Shown here one piece after another: positions 25,649-40,067 of a stretch of DNA of 64,000 nucleotides. Made by a program: the position numbers and the translations under genes. The stretch is taken from positions 246,485 to 310,484 of the forward strand of contig NW_015166480.1 of the NCBI RefSeq assembly GCF_001447785.1, given 5' to 3'. The number at the start of each line of letters is the position of its first letter. Position 1 is the first letter of the stretch. The notes under the pieces are model-generated. The model had not been told where the DNA came from and searched no databases. It saw only the letters and a program-made list of their open reading frames with translations. The DNA comes from Gekko japonicus (lineage: Eukaryota).

Positions 25649-25786
<138 letters not shown>

Positions 25787-28278
25787 TAGTATTTTAAAAA
25801 TGCTGTATGGCAGACATTGTAAGTTATATTTGTAAGAGTCATAAAGCCAACACTGTAATATATTGGCTCATATCTTACAAAAAACCATCAGGACACTGAT
25901 TTTTCCTGTATTCCTCTCCCTACTTGCAGTCACTTTCAACACCTGGAAAGAGTATTCCTGATAGTGGGACCTACATAAGTGAACAGCCATGTGAGTCAGG
26001 GAGCAGGATGAAGAAGGGGGGGAGTCACCCCTTCTGCTTTTTCCATCTGTGCAGCTGTGCAGATGGACAAGCAAAGAGGGGGCTTCACCCCTTTCCCCAT
26101 TCACCTTGTAGCTCCTTGATGTGTACAGCTGTTCATCCATGTGGGTCCCACAACTCCAGGAACAATTTTTCTGGGAGTCAAAAGGAACATGGGACGGGAC
26201 AGGAATTTATGTGTACCTTCCACAGTAGTTTTTATTCCTATGTATTTATTAGAATCATCATACAATAAAATGTACAAGATTACTGTGCTGTAAACATGTA
26301 TTTTTAGAACAACATGTTTTTCAGATAGTTTTTAGTGCAGTGCAGTGTGCTGTTTAACAGTCTAGAGATGTTTTTGGCTGACCCTTCATATTATTTCTTC
26401 TTCATACAATACAAAATAAGATTGACAGGAGTTCAGTAATTACTACCTTGTACTGTAATTTCATATGTTGCATTACTGCTAAGCTTCTTCAGTAGCACTG
26501 TAGTTGTGTCCTGGGTGTTCTGTCAAATCAGCAGATGTTTTGATAGCTTTTCATGGTTCATACAGCTGCCACAGAACTCCAATCAGTGCTTAGAAAGGTT
26601 GAAGTAAACAAGGCTTTTAACAATTGGCAGGAGGTCTGCCATAATTTTGCTATGACAGGTGACTACAAGGTATCTTGGTGTTTAAAGATGCAGTATCTGT
26701 AAACTACAACTACATTTTAATCTGCTGAATGTACACTAATTTATTTGGGTCATGTCCATTCTAAAAATTGGGTTGACACTTTGTCAGAACAAAAATAAAA
26801 GCACAGATTGACTGGATTACCTAGTCTATCCTCCTGCCCTAAAGTGGAATATACCTAAAACATTTCAACCAATTGCTGTCCAGTCTTTTCTTGAAAGCTT
26901 ACAAGGAAGGAGATCCCTCTGGGTTCTTTTTTAATTGACTTCTATTGCTGACTATTTCAAAATTGGCCACATACCCCTTGTCATAGTCTTGAATTCCTTT
27001 GTATTGGTTGCTTGCAATTGAAACACATTTTCATTTATTTTGTATTTCTGTAAGACATTGTGGTGGATCCAAAGCTCCTATTTTTGCTGGTGAAAGTGCA
27101 CATCCACTTGAAGAGGGACAATTTTTCACTGGTTGCCACTTTCCACTGCAAACCCCACACAAAATGCCCCGTACTGTGCATGGAAGTTCCCTCACCTTTG
27201 AAGGGAAGGGGGGATAAGAAAGTTCCATTCCACAAGCAGAGTTATGTTTGTGGTACTTTGGATCAATTAGTGGTACTTCTCAGAATATCTCTGAAATCAG
27301 TGGGCTTAGACTGGAGTAACTCTACATAAATTTGCATCGAGAGTGCCTTACTTTGTTGCAGAACAAATTACTGTAGTTTATGAGGAAAGGCTTCTTTACT
27401 TCAAAAAGAATAGCTTCCTCACTTCTGATACTCTGCTTAAAGGAAAATGGGAGTCACATGTTTATTTCAGAGTGGAAAGAAGCGTCACAAATCTTCAGTG
27501 TTGGAAGACATTATCAGAAACATTATCAGAAACAAGAAGTGCATACTAATTTGTAGAGTACTAGAATACATTTGTGAAATTTTTAACCCTGAACATCTTC
27601 TGCCTACTGACTGCCTAGAGTCCTACAAATTTGAAGTTGACATAAATTTACTTACAAAGTCTTTTCTAGGGTTCAGAGTTAGGCAATCATTAATTTTAAT
27701 TTTGTTTATATACCTGAACATACAGTCATTTTCACTTGTACTATTCCTTGCTTTCTCTTAGAAAATAATCCCTGTCCTTTATATCATCATTAACATTTAA
27801 TTATTATTTATTTAATACCCCACTCTCCTCGAAACTGGCTCAGAGTGAGTAACAATAATATACATTCTCACTACTAGTGGAGTAAGCAATTCTGATATAG
27901 TAATTGTGCTGATTTTTGCATTTAGTGTGATGTTCTGCATAAAATCAAGATGCAGGAAACTGTTCACTTTCCTCTTACTGAGCAATTCATCTTTCATGCC
28001 AATTAGATTCCACTATGTTTAGGCATCATAATTCTGGTAAGAGGTATGTTTGTGGGTTTGGAGCTGTACAAAAATCCTTTTGAGACCGTTTATTTGGTAG
28101 GAAATACATTTAGTTACTTTGTTGAGGAAAAAACCTAGCAAATGAGAATCTCTCAAATAACACTAATGGTTATCATTTTGGCCCGTGCACCCAATAACGA
28201 AGATATGAGATTCCAAAATATGGATTAAACAGGGCTTATTCATGGCTGATTTGTATCATTAGTAAGCATCTCCAGGAT

Positions 28279-28588
28279 CTTCTTCGTGGTCTCTGTGCTT
28301 CACACCAATGGGTTTAGTGCGCCTGCGCTGACCCAACCGGTGCCGTAGCAAGCTATGTTTCAAAGGATTTTCGCGCGAGTCCCACTGAGCATGCGCAGGA
28401 ACCCCAGCACGCATGCCCAGAGGGGACGGGCGCGGAGATCCCGCCAGTTCCTTCAAAGCACCGCCGCCAATCAACACCTATCAAAAAATCAGGAGCTGAC
28501 AGCAGAGGGGAAGGAGGGCGGGCGGTGTGAATGCACAGATGACCACTCGAAGATCACCAGTTACTGGTAAGCAACCTGTTTTTTTTTT
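28279..28588. mobile_element. Non-autonomous DIRS-like mini-element
   Basis: Inverted repeats cttcgtggtctctgtgcttcacacc / ggtgtgaatgcacagatgaccactcgaag, followed by gttactggtaagcaacct, as I recall for vertebrate DIRS termini. CpG-rich. Confidence 0.6.
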
Positions 28589-28957
28589 AGTGCAGTTACT
28601 CTGAAGAGACAGCCTGTTTGGCCTTCTAGTATTTGGGCAACAATACTCTGGCTCCAAACACAGCCAGCACTACTGACAGCTTTGTTTATCCTAGCCTTAA
28701 CAGAAAATGCACACATGAAGGGCTGAAGGAAAAGCCTGCATATATAGGATAGAATGGTTGATAGATTATATATCATTATCATATATAGGTTATTTATCAT
28801 TATATGTACCCTGTATAGATTGGTAGATTGGTTCCTTCTAAAATAAAAACAATGGTGATGTAAGGCTACCTTAATTAGGCTAAGGGTTTTTTTGCCATTA
28901 AGTTGCAGCCAATTTATGGCAACCCTGTAGGGTTTTCAAAACAAGAGAGGTTCAAAT

Positions 28958-29535
28958 TAGGGGTGTGCATTTGGATCTCCCCAATCTGAAAATACTTTTT
29001 TTTTGGGGGGGGGGGGTATATTTTGACATCCCAAATGTACCCAAGACTTTTTGAGAACTAGAAAAAAAAATTCCTGGAAATATCACTGATAAATTTGGGG
29101 ATGACCAGCAATCCCTAAAAACAGATGAGGGGCTGGGCTGGAGCACATCGCTCCTGCCACTCAGCTGTTTTGTGGGCTTTCTTCTGTAGTCCCTTTAAAC
29201 AGAGGGTGTTTAAAGGGACAGCAGAAGACAGCCCACAAAACAGCTGACTGGGGGGACCACACTTTCTGCCAGCTTGACTGGGACTCTTTTGGGCAGTCCC
29301 TTGAAACCAGACTGCCCAACAGATCCCCAGCTGAGCCTACGGGAAGAGTTCTCCCCACAGGATCAGCTGCTTGGTGGGCTTTCCCCCCCAGTCCAGTTTA
29401 TACCAGGCTGCCCAACAGAGCCCCAACTGAGCCCATAGGGAGAGTTCTTCCCATGGGGTCAGCTGCTTTGTAGGCTATTTTGGACAGTCTGGTTTAAAGG
29501 TACTGCCCAAGAGAGCCCCAGATGAGCCTGCAGTG
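28958..29535. mobile_element. hAT-like element fragment with internal direct repeats
   Basis: Starts TAGGGGTGTGCA. Three diverged copies of ctgcccaacagagccccagctgagcc at about 29312, 29409 and 29503. Confidence 0.5.
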
Positions 29536-29539
29536 GACA

Positions 29540-31240
29540 ACACAATGGTAAAAACATTCATAAATAGTATGACAACTTAAATAATACAAATATAATATGT
29601 AGATAAAGCATTCTCAGATGGTGCTAACACCTACAATTTCCAACAGTGGCACCGCCTTGCGGGGAGGTAGAGCAGAAGCAGGGAAATTGGGGGGGTTGCC
29701 AGTAGGATGGTACCCATTGCTGTCCTCAACCCAAACCCTGGTGGAACCAAAGGACTTGCAAGCCATGTGGAACTGCATTAAGTCTCGCAGGGCACAGATG
29801 TTATTTGACAGAAAGTTCCACCGGGTGGGATTGTCCTCTGATCGAGGATAGCTGGATGTCTTTTGGGCTGGGGATCACCAGTAGATTGTTCACTACAGAA
29901 CGTAACAGAAGTCCAATGTGGAGGTAACCATTGCATGGATTACTGTGGCTAGGTTGGGGCGAGACAGAACGGGGGCCAGTTTCCTCGCCTGGCGTACCTG
30001 GGAAAATGCCAGCTTGGCAACATTTGTGTTCTGGGCCTTCATTGATAAGGAGGCATCCAGAACAGCACCAAACTCCTGACAGTTTGTGCAGATGTTAAGG
30101 GCACACTGTCGAGAGTCCCAGCCAGCCAGCCAGCCAGCCACGGAACCTCTGCCTTAGTTGAATTCAGTCTCAGCCAGCTCTTTTTCAGCCATCCCACCAT
30201 GGCCTTCAACCCATGGCCAGATTTTGTGGGGCGGCATCCTGGTGGCCACCCAGCAACAGGTACAGCTTGGTGTCATCAGTGTACTGGTGACACCCCACCC
30301 CAAAACTCCACAACAGCTGGGTGAGGGGTGCATATAGATGTTAAGCAACATTGGAGAGAGGATTACCCCCTGAAGGACCCCACATATTAAGGGATATCTA
30401 GTTGACCCCCTCTCTCCTAGTGCTACCCTCTGTCCTCGGCCTTGGAGAAATGAGGTAAGCCACTTCAAGACTACCCCATAGACTCCTATGTCAGCATGGT
30501 GGTGATTCAGAAGATCATGATCCACCTTGTTGAACACCGCTGCAAGATCAAGCAATAACAGCAGTGCCAACCTGCCTTGATCCAGCTGTCTGTGGAAGTT
30601 GTCCATGAGGGCAACCAGAATCATCTCCGTCCCACGGCCAGGGCAGAAACTGGACTAGAATGGGTCCAGTGCCAATGTGTCAATGTTGAAACTCTGGAGC
30701 TTCTCGGCTACCACTCTCTCAATTACTTTACCCAGAAATGACAGATTCAAGACTGGGTAGTAATTTGAAGGCTCTGTAGGATTCAAAAATGGCTTTTTCA
30801 AGAGCAGAACCACCACAGCATATTTTAAACCCTCCGGGTGTACCCCCAAATCCAGGGACAGATTGATAATGTCTACCAGGGGACCCCATATTCTCTCACC
30901 ACCGGCTTTCACCAGCCATGTGGGACATGAGTCTAAGAGGCATGTGGTTGGCCTAACAGCACCCAAGATCCTGTTGACATAGGCCTGGGTAAGCTGGTTG
31001 AAGCTTTTGATTACTGACTCCAAAGACAGCCAAGGGGCCTTTAGTTCACATGCTGTATCAACGATGGGCAGGTGATCATGGCAGAGCAATAAGACTTTTT
31101 CCAGGAAAAAGCTCACAAAATCCTCATAGCTAATGGTCAAATTACTAACCTTTTGGGCTCTCTCCATGAGAGGAAGTTAAGGATCTAATTACCCTAAACT
31201 GTGCTGTGCAAGAGCTAGTGGATGCAATGGAGGCTTAATC
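29540..31240 (-). mobile_element. L2-clade LINE, degenerate; same subfamily as 10820 and 16930
   Basis: CPTWLVKAGGERI, LSFLGKVIERVVAEKLQ and GVLQGVILSPMLLNIY on the minus strand. Confidence 0.88.
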
Positions 31241-31334
31241 TTTTTCTTATGGAATTTAGGGCACAAATACACAATCAATTGGTTGAACCCATTAGTTTTC
31301 ATTTTATGATCCAATAACTTGTTTCATTTTACAG

Positions 31335-31451
31335 CTGAATTTAAATGTCAACCAGGTCGTTTTCAGTGTGGAACTGGACTTTGTGTTTTACCAGCTTTTA
31401 TATGTGATGGAGAAAATGACTGTGGGGACCACTCTGATGAGATCAATTGTG
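31335..31451 (+). CDS. LRP1B: LRP1B exon D (117 nt, phase 1-1): LDLa repeat
   Basis: tttacag| acceptor, G|gtaggt donor. [39 protein letters not shown]. Confidence 0.96.
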
Positions 31452-31520
31452 GTAGGTCATTATATGACAGTTACAAAAAACCCCACATAATTCCAAGAAG
31501 TTTCTTTATTGGTATAAGGA

Positions 31521-32438
31521 CAGGAAACATGAATGTGATTCATTGTCCTCAGGCCCCCCATCATGTTGATGGCCCTCACAAACACCTGGTACTTAGCAGA
31601 AAACAGTCCAAGGGCCATCTGATCTCCTGGCAGAATGTGACACCTAGGAGGGAACAAAGACTTGGGGATGCCACATGCTAGATTGTAACTCTTCCTGGGA
31701 ATGACAGGAAGAAAAAGGGTGACCCACAAGGAAGTAGGTAAACAGAGGAGTTAAATTCCCTAGACACAAAGGGAACAAGGTCCATTTTGGGTGATTCCAT
31801 CTGGGGACGAATTGCTGGAAGAAGTTCTCATACCTGGGTTCCATCTTCATGGCTGTCATTACCATGTGGAGCTAAGTGCAGGCAGTCTGACAGAGACTCA
31901 AGGTAACAGATGACAGATAGAACTCTGCAGCTCTGAGAGTAAAGAGCCTACCTTATAATAATAACAGTCAGGGTATTTTTAGCTAAGGGACAGAGGTCTC
32001 TGTGTATGTACCTTTACTTTGTAAGTGTGCTCAATTCATTGCTCTGCAGAATGTGTGTGGACACATTCTTTGTAATCAATTTCTTATTCTTTTGAATGCT
32101 GGAAGTTTGTTCCCCATAAGCCCCACTCAAATATGTAACTAAAATAGTGCAGGAGAAGGGAGGTAGTTGGTCAGTAGATCACTAGATCCCTGGGAGTGCA
32201 CAGTTGCAGTAAGCTGTTCCTGCAAAGGCTAACCAGAGTGAAAGCAGGACACATGGCAGTAGGTGGAGCCAGCAAATGGCAATGCATACAGAGGGCTAGG
32301 AGGGCTGGCCCTCAGCAAGAAAAACATCTAATTGACCAAGTGGTGGTAGCATAGATACCCAGGGAGAAGCAAGGAACCTTTCTGAAAGTTTGTTGGGCTT
32401 GGGAGAACAGTGCACTGCCAGAAGGAGTCCCGGGACAC
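31521..32438. mobile_element. Possible solo LTR
   Basis: TG...CA bounded block with composition like 47782-48765. No TSD confirmed. Confidence 0.3.
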
Positions 32439-32936
32439 CCATTAAGTGTCTTAACCTTTCAGAGGACCCAAAGTGGAACAGTGCTCATGGTTCAACAGGT
32501 TGTTATGTGATATCTGCTATTCTATGTATCCAGTTATTATTATTCAGATATCTGAGTCAGTTTGGCTGTTCACCTTGCTCCGAAAGCTTTAGGTTCAACT
32601 TTTGAAAGTATGGTCTCTTTATGAATGTCTAAGGTGGGTGTCTACAACATTTAGAACTTATAGGAACGTTTAGAATTTTAAGAACATTTAGTGAGTGCCA
32701 CCATAAAAAGCCTGTTGAGGAAGTTGAGCCCAGTCACAAAACATTGAGATGTGCCAAGCCAAGCATCCTCCTTATAATGTAGACTGCTTGCTTCTGAATG
32801 GGTGTTCCCTGCTAAGACAAAGGCAATGCCTCTCATGTTTAATAGCACCTCCTGCTTAAATGAGGTGAGGAAAAGATAGTACTACTGCCAGGAAGTGGGT
32901 ATCAATGAACACATTGGTGGATGTTATTGGGACCGT

Positions 32937-33088
32937 GGGCACCATGTTAGGAATCTCTGGTTTGAGGGTGTTGCTTTTGGTTTCCCTTTGTAAAAAGAAT
33001 CCCAAACACTCCTATGGGCACCATGTTAGGGATGGTTCGAGGGTGTTGCTTTTGGTTCCCCTTTGTAAAAAGAATCCCAAACACTCCT
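32937..33088. repeat. Direct tandem duplication, about 75 bp unit
   Basis: gggcaccatgttagg...aaagaatcccaaacactcct occurs twice. Confidence 0.9.
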
Positions 33089-33659
33089 GACATGCTATTC
33101 CTGAATGCCCTGGTTCCCCAGAAGCAGAATTTTAGAATACATTTTTGGTTGCTCTGAAAGAAGAGAGTGAGAAAATTTCACTCTGTGGGCCATTTTTGTT
33201 AATAACATCATGTGGCAGACAATAATGGTTTCTTGGAAACTATGGAAGTAAGAGGGAAAGACAACAGCAGATCATGTGGTATATGTTTAAAGGGTAAAAG
33301 ATACTATTCAAATGTTAACTCAGGGACAGAATTTTTAAAATATTAGCAACCCACTGTCACTTGTCAGGGGAGAGTATCCCACCAATGAAATACTGAGTTT
33401 TCCAACTTGCTCAGTGTCACCTCCTGGTTGCTGTTCCTCTTTTATTGTTGTGTGTGTTTTAGATGGTTAATATTTTGTAAACCACTTTGAGTTCTGCTTT
33501 GCAAGAGAAAAACATGGTTAAGAGCATTAAATAAATTAAAAACCCCCGTAGACTATGATAAATACTACATAAAATGATTCCAGGCCTACAGTAAAAGAGT
33601 GGTTGGTCAGAGATAGGCATGCGGAAGAATTTTTGTTTAAATTATTATTTGTTTAAATT

Positions 33660-35010
33660 ATTATTATTTTTATAAAACATCTTTATGCTGCTTCTCCACC
33701 CAATCAGGGTCCACAAGGTGGTGAACAGACAGAACATTTAAACAATTAAAATATAGTTTACAATACAAAATTTAATTAAAAACACACAAACAAACACTAA
33801 AAGGAGGACCAAAAAACCATTACTGGAGGTATGCCAGACAAAACAAAAAAGTCTTCACCTTCTAGTGAATAACAATGATAGAGGGAGACAGATGACTCTC
33901 CCTGGGGAGGGAGTTCCAAAGTTTTGGCACCACAAAAGAGAAGTCCTTCCTGGGGTTGCCACTGTCTAGCTTAGATGGTGGGGGCAATTGAAACAGGGTC
34001 TGTGAGGCTGATTGGAGTCAGCAAATGGGTTCATATGGGAGAAGTTGGTCCTTAAATATGTTGGTCCCAGGCCATATAGGGTTTTAAAGATCCATACCAG
34101 CACCTTGGATTGAGCCTGGAAGCAAATTGAAAACCAGTGTAGGTGGAACAAGACAGGAGTTACATGGTTCCTACAACCCACTCCACTCACCACTCTGGCC
34201 ACCACATTCTGTACCAAGTGTAGCTTCTAGACAGTGTTCAGAGGCATCCTCACATATAGCACATTGCAACAATCTAATCTTGATGCTACTAGGGTATGCA
34301 CCACAGTGGAATGATCTTTTCAATCCAGGAAGGGCTGCATCTGGCTCAACAGCTAAAGCTAATGAAAGGCACCCATGGCCACTGCTGCCACCTATTTATT
34401 GGGTGGAAAGGCAAGCTGCTCCTTTAAGGGTAGTACAACCTCATCCAGAACAGGGGATAACCCATTTCCTGGGTAGGACCTTCCACCCACCAGTAGCACC
34501 TCCATCTTGTCAGGATTAAGTTTCAGCTTGCTAACCCTCATCCATTCCAAAACTGCCCCCAGGAAACTGTTCACAGTTTCCAGAGGATCCCTGGGATCTG
34601 CTGGAAGTGTGAGATAGAGCTGAGTGTCATCTGCATATTGGTGGCAGCTCAGCCTAAATTTCCAGATGACTTCACCCAGCAGTTGAAAAGCATGTTGAAA
34701 AGCATGGAGATGGAACCTTGGGGAACCCCATAGCCCAAAGGCCAAGGGGTTGAGCTGCAGTCCCCCAGCACTACATGCTGAAACTGACCCTCAAGGTAGG
34801 ACTGGAACAATGTTTCTCAGTCTCATTACTGAAAGGCAATCCAGAAGGATACCATGAGTGATGGTATTTAAGCCTGCTGGAAGGTCCAGGAGAATTAACA
34901 GGGTTGCACCTGCCCTGTCCATCTCCTGGTGCATGTCATCCACCAGGGTGACCAAGGCTGTTTCAGTCCCATAACTAGGTCTGAAACCAGTTTGGGATGG
35001 ATCTAAACAA
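33660..35010 (-). mobile_element. L2-clade LINE, degenerate
   Basis: CHQYADDTQLY, LKLNPDKME, GFRPSYGTETALV and VQNVVARVV..LHWF on the minus strand. Confidence 0.88.
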
Positions 35011-35039
35011 TTATTAATCAAATTAAATCATATTAATAA

Positions 35040-35201
<162 letters not shown>

Positions 35202-35959
35202 TAGCTACCAAACAAATTTAGCAGCCATGGGCTAAGAGGTCAGGTGCTCTTATGGATCTGTAACAGTTTATAAAAACTAAAACGGGGAAAAGGTAACTAC
35301 CAAAAGGATTTCTAGGAATCTTGATTTAGTTTTGTTAAATGTTTGTTAAAGCTGAAGTGTCTAATTGTAGTTATTTAATGTTTTTCATATCAATTAGTTT
35401 TCATGGGAAATACATTAACTCTAGGAGTAATGTCCATTGTGGGAAGAAATACAATGAGATCTAGAAGAAAGCTCTAGATGAGTGTCCCAACTGTGGCTGG
35501 TGGGGTGGCAGAGGGAAGGGGAAAATAGAGGGAGGGAACAAGTCACCCGGAGGTGACATAATTGCGTCGGGCATGTTGCGGGGAGACAATCTATCATCCG
35601 AGGAAAAACTCTATGGTTTTCCCTTGGATTATTGTGGCCCCACCCCCAACATCACTTCCAGCCAGGAGGCTCCAGGAGATGTCTGGGACTCTCCCCGCTA
35701 TTCCCGAGGTAGGACTTGGCAACCCTATTCCAGGGATCCCTAGAGAGGTGTGATGTCACTTCTAGATTTTTCCTGCAAGTGATGCCACGCCACAGACTTA
35801 ATGGCCATTGTTTTGTTTATTTTTCTCTCACTGCCCCTCAGAGTGGAAGATGGGGACAGTGGATCTGCTACCTCCTCTGGGGGACTGGTGATCCTAATAT
35901 CTATCTATCTAGATTGACTATATAGGAAAGTGTGTGTGTGTGTGTGTGTGTGTATTAAC

Positions 35960-36900
35960 CATGTTATGGTGATGAGGAACATGCACCACCAATGTAGCAC
36001 TGTCAAACCGAGCTCAGAATGCGTGACAAGGGGACACCACCTGACAGATAAAATTAAGGTTGCTTAGTAGGGCCAGAATTTCTTTCAATGTGCACTTCTG
36101 CTTGCCCCTAATCTCAGTGATAATGGAGACTAGAGCAGTGAGCTTGTGCTCCAGGAGGTGTCAGGAGCCCTGAACTGAATCCAGTTGAATTTCCAAGTAT
36201 GTTAAGTGGGTGATGGGGCCCTCCATCTTGTCCTGTGCTAAAGGTATCCCCAGCTCCACTGCTAAGGCTTGAAAGAAGGCCAGGTGCTTGGTGCATGCTG
36301 TGGTTGCAACTGGACCAGCAATTAGGAAGTCATCGATAAAATGGGAGACAACTGGGGACTTTGTGTGGTTTTTAACCACCCAGTCCAGAAAGGTGCTGAA
36401 TGTCTCAAAGGCAGTGCAAGCCACTGAGTATCCCATGGGTATAGCCTTGTCCACATACCATCCCCCGTTAAACCTCACTGAACAAAAATAATCTGGATGG
36501 ACTGGCAACTAGCGAAGTGCTGACTAGATGTCACATTTTGCCATAAAGGTGCCTGTGCTGCAAGACTGCACAATCTGTACAGCTTGGTTGAAAGCGGTGT
36601 ACCTCACTGAACATAGTTCAGGGGAAATAAAATCACTAACAGAGGACCCTTTGGGGTAAGGCAGATGATGAATCAGGCAGAACTCCCCCTGGGCTTTCTT
36701 AGGTACCACACCCAAGGGGGAGACCCTGAGATTAAGAATTGGCATGCCCAGTGCCCAGAAGGGGGGCATCCAGCTATACACACCAGAACCCACCCCAGCC
36801 CAGCCATGCGGCCTGAAGATCACCAGCCACATGACTGCCCCTTGTTGTGCCCCGGAGCCCACAAAAGCAGTGTGGGGGGTAAGTCCCTGCTTCATCATCT
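35960..36900 (-). mobile_element. DIRS/Ngaro-type (tyrosine-recombinase retrotransposon) reverse transcriptase fragment
   Basis: SPLGVVPKK.GEFCLIHHLPYPKG, MAKCDI, PVHPD, PMG, HFIDDFL and GIPLAQDKMEGP, interrupted by stops. Confidence 0.82.
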
Positions 36901-37239
36901 CAGTACTCTGTTAAAACCAGGAGACCAAATATAAATCAAATACACAAATGCAGAGATATTATACATCTTGAAGCAAAATTTCATTCAGCCCTGTGCTCTG
37001 ATTTTAGGGACTTAATGGAAAAACAAAGTGACTGCACTGAAATAAGTATGGAAGCTTTAAACCTAATGCTAGTGTCTTGCTTATGTGGATAAAATCTTGG
37101 ATTGTATTATTTGTCATTTGCAAAACACCACAGTACACTATCTTTTTGATATATTCTTTTGAATAACAGTTTGATAATGCAGTAAGTGAAATAACAGTTC
37201 TGCAAAATTTAGGGAAAAAGTAGTTCTGAATAGTTTTGA

Positions 37240-37434
<195 letters not shown>

Positions 37435-38246
37435 TAAAAAAAGAATATTTTATTAAGAATATTTGGTAACTGAACAAAGTAGTATCATAATTCTCAGTGT
37501 CATCTTCTATTGGTGTCTTATTATAATAGCTAATTGATTAGCTTCATGTTAGGTTCTAATGTTATCACCTGTTAAAATCTCATTATTGAGTTTTTTGATA
37601 AAACAGTTTTACCCTGCTTGTGTGGAATTCTGTCTACTTTAAAAGAAACCATGTCATTGATGCCTCAGGTTACTTGATAGTCTCATTCTCAGTCTGTGCT
37701 CATTCCTATACCATTTTAGGTCTATTAGTGCAACTACTAAAGGTCGCCCCAGGTTCTTTTTTAGTCAGACTGGATTGAATACATTATGCAAAATTCCTCT
37801 GTCTGCTTAAGAATTTTCAGTGAACCAGAATTGGTTTTAATTCGCTAAGAGTCTTTGGAGTGTAATTTGGTAATTCTGTCTGACCCTAACCAACATCCCC
37901 TCTATTTTCCTCCCTACTGAGTGGAGCAGTTCACATCCTGAGCATAATATAACTGCTGTAATCTTAAAATGGGCAATGGGTAGCGCAAGACCCTGTGTGG
38001 CTCCAGACTGAGCAAGGCTTCCTGTGTTGATGTGTGGCTGCTCTCGCACACAGCTTAGAGGGAGCACTGTCCCTAACACTTTTGGTTTTTCTTAAGAAAA
38101 CAACAATCTCTTTTTTTGTGGAAACCTGTGTGGGAAATTGCATCCTAGCACAAAGAAAAAGTTAATTCTGCTGTCTTTGTTAGCTAAATATATCTTAATA
38201 TACTGTATTTTGATAATGTGGCATGCATTTTGACCATTTAAACTGA

Positions 38247-38411
<165 letters not shown>

Positions 38412-39702
38412 TGATTTCTAATGTTACCACCTGTGATTTGTTCATATAACTATTCTATAAGAGGTATACATTTTTACATTCATACCTTGTTCTTTTTGGG
38501 GAAAAATGAATTTCTGCCACCTAGGAAACCTAAATTCATAAATGATATGTAATATTTTAAATTGAATGTAAAATTGAATCATGGTTAATAATCCCAAAGA
38601 TATTTCTAGGCCTGTCATAACCACACATACAATTTACAGAAATGTAGCTATTTTCAACAGTTGTACCAAAATAAAAATCAAGATTTCTGGTCATCTTAAA
38701 CACACACACACAAAGGTATTGCTGCATATACTTTCTTGGACCCATGGCATCTTCATCAGATACTTGTTTCCTTACTTCCATCTGATCCAAGGATCACAGA
38801 GCCCTCAGAAACAGCATTGGGTATAGTGCAGTGGATTATAATAAGGTCAAGTCAGCAGAAATTGGCCCTAGCACACATTTTTGAAGCTTTATTCTGGTTG
38901 TGTAATTTGTTTTGCTCATGCAATAGGACATTTATGTTGATCCCCACTGATTGTTACAGCCTCCCATGCCTCAACCTACACCTTTCCAAGGATCACCTGT
39001 AGTGGTGCCACATCAAGTAGTATAACCAGAGGGCATGTCACACATCACTACAATACTATAACAGTCCCCCAAACTCTATAGTAAAACCACAGAGATCTGG
39101 GGGCTGCTATGACAACATGTGACATCACTTCCTGTTATGTGGCTGGAATTGATGCCACAATGGCACTTTCTCCCCCACAATTTCTCTCTGCTGCATTGGC
39201 AGCAGTGGGAAGCAGAGATGAGAAGTTTGCTGATCCTCACTTACTGTTGCAGGCGTAATCTTCGTGGGGGCGGCGGGGCTTCAGCCCCCGCCGAAATTTT
39301 CAGGAAGGTGCTCAGCCTCCCCCGGGAGCCACCCTTGCTCCTAGCACAGCAATGCCTCTGGCCCAGCCCCCCCCCCTGAAATTGGAAAGTCTACACCCCA
39401 TTATTGTTTTATGTTTGCCTCCATGGCAGGAGAACTTATGCCCTAGCAGGCAGCTTCTTTGGAAGCACTAGGAACGAGAAGGCAGAGGATTCGTTTTGAG
39501 AATTTGCTGTATTTCAAGAATACTGAATCCAGCGTTTAGTCTTCAGTGTGACTTAGAATTTTATTGTTTTACAGTCAAAAATAATCACACAGCAGAGTGA
39601 CAGAAAGTGATTAAAATTGAGATATTAAATTTAATATTTTAAAATAAAGACTTTGTGATGATGCCTACATGTCGCTAGTTTGAGCTTGCAAAACGTGTGA
39701 GA

Positions 39703-40067
39703 TAGGGTTGCCAACCTCCAGGCTGGGCCTGCTATTACAACTGATATCCCGACAATAGAGATCAGGTCCCCTGGGGGAAATGGCTCTTTGCCTGCGTTGC
39801 TCAAGTGACAAGAAGAGAATTTTAAATGGCTAGATTAACCATGTTGTTCAAGTTTGATTTGGGTAAATGCATTGACTGTAGGTCTTACGTTGAAATTGAT
39901 TGTCTTCCTCATTAAATTCTCTAATATGAGAGAAAATGGCTGCTTTGGATGGCAGACGTACTGGCATTTAACCCTGCTGTGGTTCCCTCCCCTCCCCAAA
40001 CCCCACCCTCCTCAGGCTCCACCCCCCAAATCTCCAGGTATTTCCCAACCCAGAACTGGCAACCCTA
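39703..40067. mobile_element. TAGGGTTGCCA-type hAT MITE with an internal foreign segment
   Basis: TIRs TAGGGTTGCCA / TGGCAACCCTA; gtgaga in both flanks. Confidence 0.75.
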
